From an uncultured Chloroflexia bacterium (GTDB lineage Bacteria > Chloroflexota > Limnocylindria > QHBO01), in the NCBI GenBank assembly GCA_963827475.1, contig CAWHAZ010000005.1, positions 908,817-972,816 of the forward strand: a DNA stretch of 64,000 nucleotides, written 5' to 3'. This document shows, in pieces, positions 10,865 to 20,922 of this stretch. The stretch's first letter is position 1, and each line of letters begins with the position of its first letter. A program made the translations under genes and the position numbers. Under the pieces are notes generated by a model. That model saw nothing but the letters and a program-made list of their open reading frames with translations. It was not told the origin of the DNA and did not search any database.

Positions 10865-11565
10865 GCCCCCACCTCGGCCAGGTGCTCCAGCGCGGCCTGA
10901 GCGGCGACTTCCTCGGCCCGCTGGCGGCTGCTGCCCGAGCCGGTGGCGAGGCGTTCGGCGCTGATGACGACCGCGACGGTGAACTGCTGGGCGTGGGCCG
11001 GGCCGCGAGATTCCACCAGCTCGTATGCCGGGCGGACGCCGCGATGTCGCTGGCTCCATTCCTGGAGCCGGCTCTTGGCCGACTTCGGCCCGGCCGCATC
11101 CGACGGCGGGGCGAGATGAGCGGACAGGATCGGGGCGAAGGCGCTCTCGACGGCGGCCATGCCCTCGCTGAGGTAGACCGCCCCGACGAGGGCCTCGAAG
11201 GCGGCGGCCAGGACCGATGGACGGCCGGCGCCGCCGCTGTCCAGCTCCCCGCGGCCGAGACGGAGGTAGCGGTCGAGCTGGAGCTCGCTGGCGAGGCCAG
11301 CGAGGGCGGTGCGGTTGACGATCGCCGCCCGGTGGGCGGTCAGGCCGCCCTCATCGGACTCGGGGAAGCGCTGGTACAGGATCCGGCTGACGATCAGGCC
11401 GAGGACGGCGTCGCCGAGGAACTCGAGGCGCTCGTTGTTGCCCGTGACCAGGTCGGGGTTCTCGTTGGCGTACGAGGCATGGATGAACGCCTGATCGATG
11501 GCGTCTGGATCCTGGAAGACGAGGCCGAGTCGCTCACCCAGCTCGCGGATGGTGGGTGAGGTCAC
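10861..11565 (-). CDS. rnc: Ribonuclease III
   Basis: ERLEFLGDAVL signature plus a dsRBD; the stop overlaps the smc start. Confidence 0.9.
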   Translation of the reverse strand: MTSPTIRELGERLGLVFQDPDAIDQAFIHASYANENPDLVTGNNERLEFLGDAVLGLIVSRILYQRFPESDEGGLTAHRAAIVNRTALAGLASELQLDRYLRLGRGELDSGGAGRPSVLAAAFEALVGAVYLSEGMAAVESAFAPILSAHLAPPSDAAGPKSAKSRLQEWSQRHRGVRPAYELVESRGPAHAQQFTVAVVISAERLATGSGSSRQRAEEVAAQAALEHLAEVGA

Positions 11566-11573
11566 GGGGGAAC

Positions 11574-11816
11574 CTACTGCTGGCGTTCCTCGATGTATTC
11601 GACCGCGTCGGAGACCTTCTGGATCTTCTCGGCATCCTCGTCCGAGATCTCCATGCCGAACTCTTCCTCGAGGCTCATGATGAGCTCCACCAGGTCGAGC
11701 GAGTCGGCGTTCAGGTCCTCGACGAACGCCGCTTCCAGCGTGACGTCGTCTGGTTCGACGCCGAGCTGCTCAACGATGATCTTCTTGAGCCGCTCGAACG
11801 TGGTGCCGTCGGTCAC
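11574..11816 (-). CDS. acpP: Acyl carrier protein
   Basis: 80 aa containing the [12 protein letters not shown] motif. Confidence 0.92.
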   Translation of the reverse strand: MTDGTTFERLKKIIVEQLGVEPDDVTLEAAFVEDLNADSLDLVELIMSLEEEFGMEISDEDAEKIQKVSDAVEYIEERQQ

Positions 11817-12257
11817 CCTTCGTCTCCCTCAGGTTCGGGTCTGACAGGTTGGGGCTTGGCCACACCTCGGAGGACGCCACCGACGAGTCGGGCCGCCGAT
11901 TCCCCGGCGTACGTCCGAGCGAGAGAGACCGCGTCGCGGATCGTTCCGCTCGGAATCGCGGCGGAGTATAGCACCTCAAAAAGGGCACTCCGGAGGATCG
12001 TCCGTTCGATCCGGCCAAGCTCCGCGACGGGGATCTTCGGGGCGCGGGTGGCGATCTCCGCGTCGAGCTCCTTCACGTGGCTGGCGACGCCGGAGACGAT
12101 GGCGCGCGCGTGCTCGACGACCCTCGGCTCGGCCTCCCATTCGAGCGGCCAGCCGCTCCAGCGCGGCGGCGGCCTGCTGGGGCGGGAATTCGGCCTCGAA
12201 CAGGGCCACCATGGCCAGCCGCCGGGCGCGCCGGGCCGGCCGTTCGCGGCCCGCCAC
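11813..12257 (-). CDS. NusB-family protein, split into two frames (frameshift near 12076-12100)
   Basis: The N-terminal ORF has [16 protein letters not shown] and the C-terminal ORF has [15 protein letters not shown]...LVGGVLRGV, which match the NusB fold motifs. Confidence 0.55.
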
Positions 12258-13328
12258 CTAGGAGGCGGGCTCCACCGGGATCGGGGTCGGTGCCTCGGCC
12301 TCGTCGTCCTCCGAGTCGCCGGTGTCCGCGGCGAGCCCCGGATGCCGGCGGCTCCACTCGGCGATGACCGCGGGCATGTTCGCCGCGGCGGCCTCGGAGC
12401 CGACGCGGATCGCGTTCTCCACCATCCTGGCCTTGGCCCGGCCGTGCGTCACGATGCTCACCCCGCGCACCCCGAGCAGCGGCGAGCCGCCGAACTGCTC
12501 GTAGTCGAACCGATGCCGGAGGCGATCGATCCCCGGTCGCAGGGCGAGGACCGCGAGCGGCGCCACCGGGCCGCGGAGGAGGTCCTCGCGGATCGAGCGG
12601 AAGATGTACGAGGTCAGGCCCTCGGTCAGCTTGATCATGGCGTTGCCCACGAACCCGTCGCACACCACCACGTCGGCGACGTGGCCCGCCAGGTCATGCG
12701 GCTCGACGTTGCCGACGAAGTTCAGGTCCGCGGCGCTCAGGCGGACGAACGCCTCGCGGGTCAATGCGTCGCCCTTCTCCGGCTCCTCCCCGATGTTCAG
12801 CAGCCCGACCCGCGGCGTCGGGACGTGGAGGACGCGCTCGGCATAGAGCGAGCCCATCGCCGCGAACTGGACGAGGTTGTGCGGCTCGGAGTCGACGTTG
12901 GCGCCGACGTCGAGCAGGACGAGCGGGCCCGAGGGGGTCAGGAAGTAGGCGGGCAGGGCCGGGCGGTCGATCCCCTCCAGGCGGCCGAGGCGGAAGATCG
13001 CCGCGGCCATCGTGGCGCCGGTCGACCCGGCGCTGACCACCGCATCGGCCGATCCGTCGCGGACGAGGTCGGTCGCGACCCGGATCGAGGACCGGCGGCG
13101 GCGGACGCCGGCGGCCGGCGACTCCCCCATCGCAACCACTTCGGGAGCGTCGACGAACGAGACGCTCGCCGGGCGACCGCGGCCGTACTCGTCGGCCTCG
13201 CGTTCGAGGCGCGGCACGTCGCCGACGAGGAGCACCTCGTCGGCGTGGGTGGCGGCGTAGTTGATTGCCCCCCGGACGATCTCGCGCGGTGCGAGGTCGC
13301 CGCCCATCGCATCGACCGCGATGCGCAT
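12258..13328 (-). CDS. plsX: Phosphate acyltransferase PlsX
   Basis: MRIAVDAMGGD start and 356 aa of family-wide similarity. Confidence 0.9.
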   Translation of the reverse strand: MRIAVDAMGGDLAPREIVRGAINYAATHADEVLLVGDVPRLEREADEYGRGRPASVSFVDAPEVVAMGESPAAGVRRRRSSIRVATDLVRDGSADAVVSAGSTGATMAAAIFRLGRLEGIDRPALPAYFLTPSGPLVLLDVGANVDSEPHNLVQFAAMGSLYAERVLHVPTPRVGLLNIGEEPEKGDALTREAFVRLSAADLNFVGNVEPHDLAGHVADVVVCDGFVGNAMIKLTEGLTSYIFRSIREDLLRGPVAPLAVLALRPGIDRLRHRFDYEQFGGSPLLGVRGVSIVTHGRAKARMVENAIRVGSEAAAANMPAVIAEWSRRHPGLAADTGDSEDDEAEAPTPIPVEPAS

Positions 13329-13350
13329 CGGGCGGACGGTCAGTCAACCG

Positions 13351-13554
13351 TCAGCGGCCGGACTCGGTCGGGGTGGGCGCCGGCGGCGGTACCACCTCGC
13401 GGCCGTTGTGCCAGCCGCAGGTGGGGCACACGGTGTGAGCGCGCTTCAGCTCGTGGCAGTGGTCGCACTCGACCAGGGTCGGCGCACGCAGCGCGAGATG
13501 GGCTCGGCGCTCGTTCTTCCGGGACTTGGAGGCTCTTCGCTTGGGAACGCCCAC
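13351..13554 (-). CDS. rpmF: 50S ribosomal protein L32
   Basis: GTG start with a GGAGAG RBS; GVPKRRASKSRKNERRAHLAL followed by a C..C....CP.CG zinc ribbon. Confidence 0.88.
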   Translation of the reverse strand: MGVPKRRASKSRKNERRAHLALRAPTLVECDHCHELKRAHTVCPTCGWHNGREVVPPPAPTPTESGR

Positions 13555-13590
13555 AGGCTCTCCTGATCTGAATCGGGTTGAGGAGGCCGC

Positions 13591-13598
13591 AGTATAGC
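13591..13598 (-). promoter_or_regulatory. -10-like GCTATACT element upstream of rpmF
   Basis: An AT-rich hexamer TATACT in a 70% GC context, about 35 nt upstream of the GTG start. Confidence 0.45.
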
Positions 13599-13627
13599 CG
13601 CGGCCAATGGCCGGGACCACCACCGGG

Positions 13628-14161
13628 TCAGTCGGGCGGCGGCTTCCAGTCCGCGAGCGCGGCAAGCCGGGGGTCCACGTCGACACCGCCGTGGTCCTCG
13701 TGGCCGGGGTCGTCCAGCCGGCGCCCGCAGACGGGACACAGGCCGCGGCAGTCCGGACGGCAGAGCGGGTGCATCGGCTCGGCCAGGGTGAGCTCATCGG
13801 CGAGCAGGGCGGCGAGGTCGATCTCGCGGTGGGCGTCGATCCGGGAGACGTCACCCTCGGCGCCGTCCACCGGCAGAACCGCTCCGGTGGCCGGATCGAC
13901 GGACGCCAGGAACTCCTCGGCGAGCGCCACCTCCACCGGCTCGTCGAACTCATCGAGGCAGCGGATACAGGTCCTCCGGGCGAGGGTCCGTGCCCGCCCG
14001 GTGGCCAGGATGCCCCGGTTCGTGCGCTGGAGGCGGAGCGTGCCCAGCACCCGGCGTGGCGGCTGCCCGTCGATGGGCGCCCACTCCAACTCGCCGAGCT
14101 CGACCGTGCGGGTGGTGCCGGCCGGATCCCGCAGCAGACCCGCCACGTTGAGGCGGGTCAC
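13628..14161 (-). CDS. YceD/DUF177 family protein
   Basis: C-terminal CxxC...CxxC and the conserved position upstream of rpmF. Confidence 0.75.
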   Translation of the reverse strand: MTRLNVAGLLRDPAGTTRTVELGELEWAPIDGQPPRRVLGTLRLQRTNRGILATGRARTLARRTCIRCLDEFDEPVEVALAEEFLASVDPATGAVLPVDGAEGDVSRIDAHREIDLAALLADELTLAEPMHPLCRPDCRGLCPVCGRRLDDPGHEDHGGVDVDPRLAALADWKPPPD

Positions 14162-14658
14162 CCCGATACGGGCGTTCCGACTGCTCGATCAGCCTCGGGC
14201 TGGACGGGAATGGCATCGACCGTGGTCGGCCCGCGGCGCTGGTCGAGCATCTCGATCCCGTGCTTGATGCTGGTCAGCGTCTTGGTGACCTCTCCCTCGA
14301 GCCGGATGAGGACGCCGGCGGCGTACTCGTCCGCCCCGTGCCGCACCTCGCCGGCCTCGTGGGTCGCCTGCTCGAGGATCTCCCCCGCCCGCTGCTGGGC
14401 GAGGCGCACGAGCTCGCGCTCCTCGAGCATGTGCGCGGCCTGCTCCTGGGCCCGGGCGATGATCGCGTCGCCCTCCTCGCGGGCGTGATCCACGATCCGT
14501 CCCGCTTCCCCGGTGATGCGCTGCGCCTGGCGGACCTCTTCCGGCATGGCGACCCGGATCTGGTCCACCAGCTCGAGCACGGCTCCCTGGTCGACGACGA
14601 CGTTGTTCGTGAGCGGGACCCGCGTGCCGGTGGCGACCAGCACTTCGAGGCGCTCCAC
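14158..14658 (-). CDS. Hypothetical coiled-coil protein, possibly DivIVA/SepIVA-like or ATP-synthase-b-like
   Basis: 166 aa and strongly heptad-like (EEVRQAQRI...AQEQAAHMLEERELVRLAQQRAGEILEQ). It overlaps yceD by ATGA, which suggests translational coupling. Confidence 0.4.
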   Translation of the reverse strand: MERLEVLVATGTRVPLTNNVVVDQGAVLELVDQIRVAMPEEVRQAQRITGEAGRIVDHAREEGDAIIARAQEQAAHMLEERELVRLAQQRAGEILEQATHEAGEVRHGADEYAAGVLIRLEGEVTKTLTSIKHGIEMLDQRRGPTTVDAIPVQPEADRAVGTPVSG

Positions 14659-14763
14659 AAGGAACAGGATGTCCGTGACATGACCTCCGACGGCGGTTGT
14701 GGCCGATACTACACCCGGCCATCGTTGTCGTACAACGTCATACCGCGCCCGGAGGGCGCCAGA

Positions 14764-15267
14764 TCACTCCCTGCCTGGGGAGCTGCTCCCAAAGCGTTCC
14801 CGGAGAGCCGCCGCCACGCCGGGCGGCACCATCTCGGACACGTCCCCGCCGAACGTCGCCACCTCCTTGGCCAGGGTCGACGAGACGTAGCCGTACTCCA
14901 GCCCGGTCATGAGGAACACGGTGTCGATGTCCGGCGCCAGGCGCCGGTTGGTGTGGGCCATCTGCAGCTCGGCCTCGAAGTCGCTGATCGCGCGCAGGCC
15001 GCGGATCACGAAGCCCGCCTCGTGGCGCGCGGCGAACTCCACGGTCAGCCCGTTGAAGGCCTCGACGCTGACCGATGGGCCCAGGTCGCCGACCTCGGCC
15101 GTGATCAGCGCCACGCGTTCGGTGGTGGAAAACAGCGGGCTCTTGCGGGTGTTGTCGAGGACGCCGATGACGAGCCGGTCGAAGAGGACCGCACCTCGAC
15201 GCACGACGTCGAGGTGGGCGTTGGTGATCGGGTCGAAGGACCCGGGGAAGACCGCCACGCGGGTCAT
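14764..15267 (-). CDS. coaD: Phosphopantetheine adenylyltransferase
   Basis: VFPGSFDPITNAHLD motif; the start was placed at the internal MTRVAVFPG. Confidence 0.88.
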   Translation of the reverse strand: MTRVAVFPGSFDPITNAHLDVVRRGAVLFDRLVIGVLDNTRKSPLFSTTERVALITAEVGDLGPSVSVEAFNGLTVEFAARHEAGFVIRGLRAISDFEAELQMAHTNRRLAPDIDTVFLMTGLEYGYVSSTLAKEVATFGGDVSEMVPPGVAAALRERFGSSSPGRE

Positions 15268-15803
15268 CGCTCCTCCTCCAGGAAGGTCAGCGCCGTCTCG
15301 CCGAACCGTCGGCTGCGGATGACCGCCAGGCCGGCTCCGGCCGGCATCGGTGTTCGCCAGAAGTGCTTGACCACGACCAGCGCGCCGGGCGCGAGGTGGG
15401 GACGCAGCCGTTCCAGCGGCAGGTCGAGTGTACGCTCCGCGTACGGCGGATCGAGGACGACGACGTCCCACGCCGGGGCGTCGGTGCCGGCCAGGAACGC
15501 CTCCACCGATCGGGCGTGGACCTCCGCCCCATCCGCCAACCCAGTCGTCGCCAGGTTGTCGCGGATGACCGACACCGCCGACCGAGCCCGCTCGACGAAC
15601 GTCGCGCTCCCCGCCCCGCGGGACAGGGCCTCGATCCCGATCGCACCGCTCCCCGCGTACAGGTCGAGCACGCGGGCTCCGAGCACCCGCTCGCCGATGG
15701 CCCCGAACAGCGACTCCTTCACCTTGTCGCTGATGGGCCGGGTCCGCGGATCCTTCGGCGCGGCGAGGCGCAGCCCGCGAGCCGAGCCGGCGATCACCCG
15801 CAT
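15264..15803 (-). CDS. rsmD: 16S rRNA (guanine966-N2)-methyltransferase RsmD
   Basis: LDLYAGSGAIGIEALSRGA and DPPY motifs. Confidence 0.85.
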   Translation of the reverse strand: MRVIAGSARGLRLAAPKDPRTRPISDKVKESLFGAIGERVLGARVLDLYAGSGAIGIEALSRGAGSATFVERARSAVSVIRDNLATTGLADGAEVHARSVEAFLAGTDAPAWDVVVLDPPYAERTLDLPLERLRPHLAPGALVVVKHFWRTPMPAGAGLAVIRSRRFGETALTFLEEER

Positions 15804-17927
15804 CAGGCCGCGTTGCCCTCTTCGTCGGGGACGGTGAAGGCCCGCTGCTCGCGGACGAGCTCCGCGCGCCCGGTGAGGGCCGGGTCCTCCGCCACCAGGG
15901 CGCGGGCCAGGGTCCGGGCCTGCGCCGCCAGCTCGAGGTGGCGCGGGTTGAAGAGCGACGCCACCCGCAGCGGAGGCAGCCCCGACTGCCGGGTGCCGAG
16001 CACGTTGCCGGAGCCGCGGAGCTCGAGGTCCGCCTCGGCGATGGCGAACCCGTCGCTCGAGCCGCGGACGACCTCCAGCCGGCGTCGAGCCAGCTCGTCG
16101 GATGCGTCGGACATGAGGATGCAGTAGGACCGATCCGCTCCCCGGCCGACCCGGCCGCGGAGCTGGTGGAGCTGGGCCAGGCCGAACCGCTCGGCGTCCT
16201 CGATGACCATCACCGTCGCGTTCGGGATGTCGATCCCGACCTCGATGACGGTGGTGGCGACCAGGACGTCCGTCTCCCCCGCCGCGAAACGCTGCATCGC
16301 CGCCTCGCGGTCGGCGGACCGCTGCTGGCCGTGGACGAGGTCAACCCGGACGTCCGGCAGGGCCTCCCGCAAGCGCTCCGCCTCGGCCTCGGCGGATGCC
16401 GCGTCGAGGGCATCGCTCTCGATGACCAGGGGAGCGACGACGAAGGTCTGCCGCCCGGCCCGCGCCTCGTCCGCGATGAACGCCTCGATCTTCGGCAGGG
16501 CTGCCCGATCTCGGATCTCGGTCCGGATCGGCTGGCGGCCGGGCGGCGGGTGGCGGAGGGTGCTGATGGCGAGGTCGCCGTACACGGTGAGGGCCAGGGT
16601 CCGCGGAATGGGGGTCGCGGTCAGGGCCAGCATGTGCGGCTCGAGCTCACCGGCCTTGGCCTGCAGGGCGCCCCGCTGCGCGACGCCGAACCGGTGCTGT
16701 TCGTCGACGACCGCCAGGCCGAGGCGCTCGAAGGCCACGCCTTCGCTGATCACGGCGTGGGTCCCGACCACGACGTCCACCTCACCGCGCGCGAGGCGCT
16801 CATGCGCTCGGCGCTTGTCAGCGGCGCGGAGGGACCCGGAGAGGTACTCGACTCGCACGCCCAGCGGGGCAAGGAGCGGGGCGAAGCCCGTCGTGATGCT
16901 GGCGGGCGAGGATCTCGGTCGGCGCCATGAGCGCCCCCTGCCGGCCGGAGCGGCAGGCCACGGCCAGGGCGACGGCCGCGACGGCGGTCTTGCCGCTGCC
17001 GACGTCGCCCTGGAGCAGCCGTCGCATCGGCACGTCCGACGCCAGGTCCGCGAGCACCTCATCGACCGCCTGCGCCTGGTCCGGGGTCAGCGCGAACGGC
17101 AGGCTGGCGACGACCTCCGCTCGGATGTCGTCGGCCACCGCGATCGGTGGCGCCTGGCGCTCGGAGCGCGCCGCCGCCGCCTGGGCGAGGGTGAGCTGGA
17201 GGGTGAGCAGCTCGTCGAACGCCAGGCGGTCGAGGGCCGGCTCGAGGTCATCGGCGTCGTCCGGGAAGTGGGCCGTGCGGATGGCGAGCGGCAGGTCGAG
17301 GAGCCCGACGCGCTCTCCGGGCCGCAGCGGATCGACCACGGCGGGCAGGCAACGGTCGAGGACCCGAGCCAGCAGCTCGCGGACTCTGCGCAGGGTCACC
17401 CCGCCGACGAGGCGGTAGACCGGAACGACCCGGGCGGTGTGCACCGACTCGCGTGACGCGGGCGAGAACTCGGGGTTCGCGAACTGCATCCGCCAGCCCT
17501 GGGCAGTCACTTTGCCGCTGACCACGATCTCGTCCCCGGGTCCAAGCCGCTTCTCGATGAAGCGGCGGCCGAACCAGATCGCCTCCGCGCTCCCGGTCAG
17601 ATCCGACAGCTGGGCGATCGTCCGCGGCGGCCGGCGCCCGAAACCAGGCTCTGCCTTGAGGTCGTCGACCCGGACTCGGGCCGACTGCTTCTCGCCCGGG
17701 ACGAGATCCGCGATCCGGCGAAGGTTGCTGAAGTCGTCGTAGCGGAACGGGAGATAGAGCAGCGCCTCGCGCGGAGTCTCGATCCCCAGCCGGCGCAGGG
17801 TGGCCAACCCACCGCCGAGCTCGGGCAGCGCCTCGCGGAGCGGCAGGTCGAGGCGCTCCGGGGTCACCGCCCGCGGCGCTGGCCCGCCCCGCCGCGATTG
17901 CATGGCTCGATCGTAGCGTGCTAGCAT
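15803..17927 (-). CDS. recG: ATP-dependent DNA helicase RecG, with one frameshift near 16880-16900
   Basis: The wedge/N-terminal domain and Walker A (GDVGSGKT) are in one frame and the helicase C-terminus (DEQHRFGV, ...QLHQLRGRVGRG) is in another. The junction is at ARQHHDG|FAPLLAPLGV. Confidence 0.8.
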
Positions 17928-17986
17928 CGCCGCCGGTCCGGCTGCCCCGTGGCGGGCTGCCGGCTTCTTCGTGAATGGAGTCCCAA

Positions 17987-18178
17987 ATGGCCCGCGTCTG
18001 CGAGATCTGCGGCAAGCGCCCGATCACCGGCTGGAACGCCCAGTCGATCGGCATGAACCGGAAGCGCGCCGGACGACGCTGGCTGCCGAACCTCCAGAGC
18101 CTGACCGTCGTCCGCAATGGGCAGTCGGTCACCGTGCGCGCCTGCTCGCGCTGTCGGCGGACCGCCACCAAGGCCTAG
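17987..18178 (+). CDS. rpmB: 50S ribosomal protein L28
   Basis: MARVCEICGKRPITGWNAQSIGMNRKRAGRRWLPNLQ matches the L28 family; it is divergent from recG as in Firmicutes and Actinobacteria. Confidence 0.85.
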   Translation: MARVCEICGKRPITGWNAQSIGMNRKRAGRRWLPNLQSLTVVRNGQSVTVRACSRCRRTATKA

Positions 18179-18630
18179 CCCGCGGCGGACTCGCTCGAAT
18201 CCAGCACCAGGGTGAACGGCCCGTCGTTCACCAGCTCGACCTCCATCCGCGCCCCGAACTCCCCCGTCTCGACGGAGACGCCTGCGCCCCGCAGCGCGCT
18301 GACGAACCGATCGACCAGCGGCGCCGCCTGCTCGGGGCCGGCCGCATCGGTGAAGCCCGGCCTCCGACCGTGGCGCGTGTCGGCCAGCAGGGTGAACTGG
18401 CTCACGACCAGCAGCGCACCGTCGACATCGGCCAGCGCCAGGTTCGTCCGGCCGTCGGCATCGGTGAAATAGCGCAGGCCCACGAGCTTGTCGGCCATCC
18501 GGTCGACGACCGCTCCGTCGTCGGTCGCCGCGACCCCGACCAGCACCACCGCCCCTCGCCCGATCGTCCCCAGCTCGCGACCATCGCTGTGGACGGACGC
18601 CCGTGTCACGCGCTGGACAACCAGGCGCAT
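18175..18630 (-). CDS. dtd: D-aminoacyl-tRNA deacylase
   Basis: MRLVVQRV...SQFTL and a C-terminal NDGPFT motif. Confidence 0.88.
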   Translation of the reverse strand: MRLVVQRVTRASVHSDGRELGTIGRGAVVLVGVAATDDGAVVDRMADKLVGLRYFTDADGRTNLALADVDGALLVVSQFTLLADTRHGRRPGFTDAAGPEQAAPLVDRFVSALRGAGVSVETGEFGARMEVELVNDGPFTLVLDSSESAAG

Positions 18631-18634
18631 CGGC

Positions 18635-20236
18635 CTACGGGGAGCTGGACGGCGGGGCGCTGGGTCCCGGCTCGTCGTCGGCGCTGGTGATGGGGGCCGA
18701 TTCCTCGCCCGCCAGCGGTGCGCCGAGCGCGGCCTCCGAGAAGATGGCCGAGGCGTTCCAGATCATCCATCCCGCGCCGCCGTTGTCGGCCACCGCCTGC
18801 ATCTCCGCGCGCACGTCAGCCGCGTTGTAGGCCCGGAAGCCGCCGTACCCGAAGTCCTGGATCCAGGGCCGGATGCGGAGCGGAAGGCCGGCGGCCTGGG
18901 CATTCATGATCTCCAGCGTCCGGTCGATCATCACGTAGGGCGCCTCGTTGGGGACCGCGACGTCGAACACGCCGGGGTAGTAGTGGCTGGGGTAGACCAT
19001 CGGGCTGAAGTAGTCGACGTACGGCATGATCACCTCCGGTCGCTGACCGATGCCCTGGTCGTCGCTGGCGATGAACGCGATCGGGAAGACGTCCGCCGCG
19101 AGGAACGTCCGGGTCCAGGCCAGCTCGTCCGAGATGACCCGCATCACCCGCTGGATGGTCGGCAGCCGGAACGACTGGGTGTGGGGCAGGTTCGTCTCCG
19201 CCAGCTCGTACGGGCCGTCGCTGTAGAAGCGGATGTAGTCCAGCTGAACCTCGTCGAAGCCCTTGGCCGCGAGGTCGCCGGCGATGGCGGCGACGTACTC
19301 CGCCACGCCCGGGTTGCCGGGGTCGAGCCACGTCCCGCCGCCCCAGTCGGTCCACGGCTCGCCGGTGGCGGTGTTGCGGACCGCCAGCTCGGGTCGTGAC
19401 CGGCCCAGCGTGTTGTCCTTCATGACCACGACCCGGGCGATGGTGTAGATCCCGCGCTCTTTCAGGGCGGGCAGCAGCTCCTCGAGGCTGAACACCGGCG
19501 CGTCCATGAGCGATCCCGCCTCGACCGCCTCGGGCAGGTCCGTCGGGTAGTACAGCCAGCCGCCGGTCTCCTTGACGTCGATGACCATGGCGTTGACCTC
19601 GGACCGATCGATCAGCGCCAGCATCGCGTCCAGCCGCCCGGCGCCCTCGAACACCGCAGATGGCGCGTACAGCGCGCGAGCCACGAACGTCGGCAGGGTG
19701 ACGTCCTTGGTCATCTCCTCGTCGATCGGGATGACCCCCAGCCGATGACCAGCCGCCTTGTAGATCAGCGTGCCTTCCTCGGGCACGCCGGGCAGCGCGT
19801 AGGTGCCGTCGGCGGCGGTCCGGACCCCGCTTCCCTGTCCCTCGACGAAGATCCGGGCACCGGCGATCGGAGTGCCCGCCTCGTTGCGGACGGTCCCGCG
19901 AACGGTGTTGTTGCGCAGCGCGATCGCGACCTCGTCGTTGCCCGGCACGGTGGCCGAGCCGGCGTCGAACCCGTCCGCGGACGCGTTCACCTCCTGGCCC
20001 TCGAGCGCGGTCACCACCGCGACCCCCTCGGCATCGGTGGTCGCTGCACTGTCCGCGGCCGACACCTGGACGCCTGCGAGCGGCTCGTCGGATGCGGCGT
20101 CGGTCACCGTCACGGTCACCGGACCGGGCGTCGGCTCGGGCAGGATCGGCAGCTGTCCGGAGCAGGCGGTGATCACCGCCATTCCGGCGAGGAGGAATGG
20201 GCCGTGACGCGCGAGGCGCCGGGATGCGGACCTCAC
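18635..20236 (-). CDS. Lipoprotein with a carboxypeptidase-regulatory-like domain and a putative glycoside-hydrolase-like (GHL10/DUF4015-type) domain
   Basis: Signal peptide with an ITAC lipobox, repeated ...DAEG/ADGTY beta-sandwich-like segments, and a C-terminal TIM-barrel-like region. Confidence 0.5.
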   Translation of the reverse strand: MRSASRRLARHGPFLLAGMAVITACSGQLPILPEPTPGPVTVTVTDAASDEPLAGVQVSAADSAATTDAEGVAVVTALEGQEVNASADGFDAGSATVPGNDEVAIALRNNTVRGTVRNEAGTPIAGARIFVEGQGSGVRTAADGTYALPGVPEEGTLIYKAAGHRLGVIPIDEEMTKDVTLPTFVARALYAPSAVFEGAGRLDAMLALIDRSEVNAMVIDVKETGGWLYYPTDLPEAVEAGSLMDAPVFSLEELLPALKERGIYTIARVVVMKDNTLGRSRPELAVRNTATGEPWTDWGGGTWLDPGNPGVAEYVAAIAGDLAAKGFDEVQLDYIRFYSDGPYELAETNLPHTQSFRLPTIQRVMRVISDELAWTRTFLAADVFPIAFIASDDQGIGQRPEVIMPYVDYFSPMVYPSHYYPGVFDVAVPNEAPYVMIDRTLEIMNAQAAGLPLRIRPWIQDFGYGGFRAYNAADVRAEMQAVADNGGAGWMIWNASAIFSEAALGAPLAGEESAPITSADDEPGPSAPPSSSP

Positions 20237-20922
20237 GCCACCACCCCGGCGGCGTCGCGGAACGCGGCCACGGCCGGTGCAAGGTCGCCGTCGTGCTCGT
20301 AGAGCGCCGACCCGACGACGAGGATCTCGCCGCCTGCCCCGTACGCGGAACCGATGGTCGCGGCGTTGACGCCGCCGTCCACCGCAATCGGCAGGTCCAG
20401 TCCGCGAGCCGCGGCCTCGTCGGCCAGTGCCTCAAGCTTGGGCAGCACGTCGGCCAGGAACTCCTGACCGCCGAATCCGGGATGGACGGTCATCACCAGC
20501 AGGAGGTCGATTCGGTCGAGGAACGGATGGACCGATTCGGCCGGCGTCTCGGGATTCAGGGCCAGGCCGGCCTGGCGGCCGGCGGCGTGGATGGCCGAGA
20601 TCACCGCGCCGGGCTCGTCCGCGGACTCGACGTGGAAGGCGATCAGATCGCTCCCCGCCCGGGCGAAGTCGGCAGCGTAGCGCAGCGGCTCGTCGATCAT
20701 GAGGTGTGCGTGGAACGGGATGTCGCTGTGCGGCCGCAGGGCGGCGACCACCGGCGATCCGAACGAGATGTTGCCCACGAAGTGGCCGTCCATGACGTCG
20801 AGGTGGATAGAGTCCACGCCGCCGGCCGTGGCCCGTGTCACTTCGTCGCCGAGCCGGGCGAAATCGGCGTTCAGGATGCTGGCGGAGATGTGCGGCGGCC
20901 GGCGGTTCATCGGTGCATTCAT
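20233..20922 (-). CDS. rpe: Ribulose-phosphate 3-epimerase
   Basis: SILNADF....HLDVMDGHFV and a C-terminal VDGG motif. Confidence 0.9.
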   Translation of the reverse strand: MNAPMNRRPPHISASILNADFARLGDEVTRATAGGVDSIHLDVMDGHFVGNISFGSPVVAALRPHSDIPFHAHLMIDEPLRYAADFARAGSDLIAFHVESADEPGAVISAIHAAGRQAGLALNPETPAESVHPFLDRIDLLLVMTVHPGFGGQEFLADVLPKLEALADEAAARGLDLPIAVDGGVNAATIGSAYGAGGEILVVGSALYEHDGDLAPAVAAFRDAAGVVA

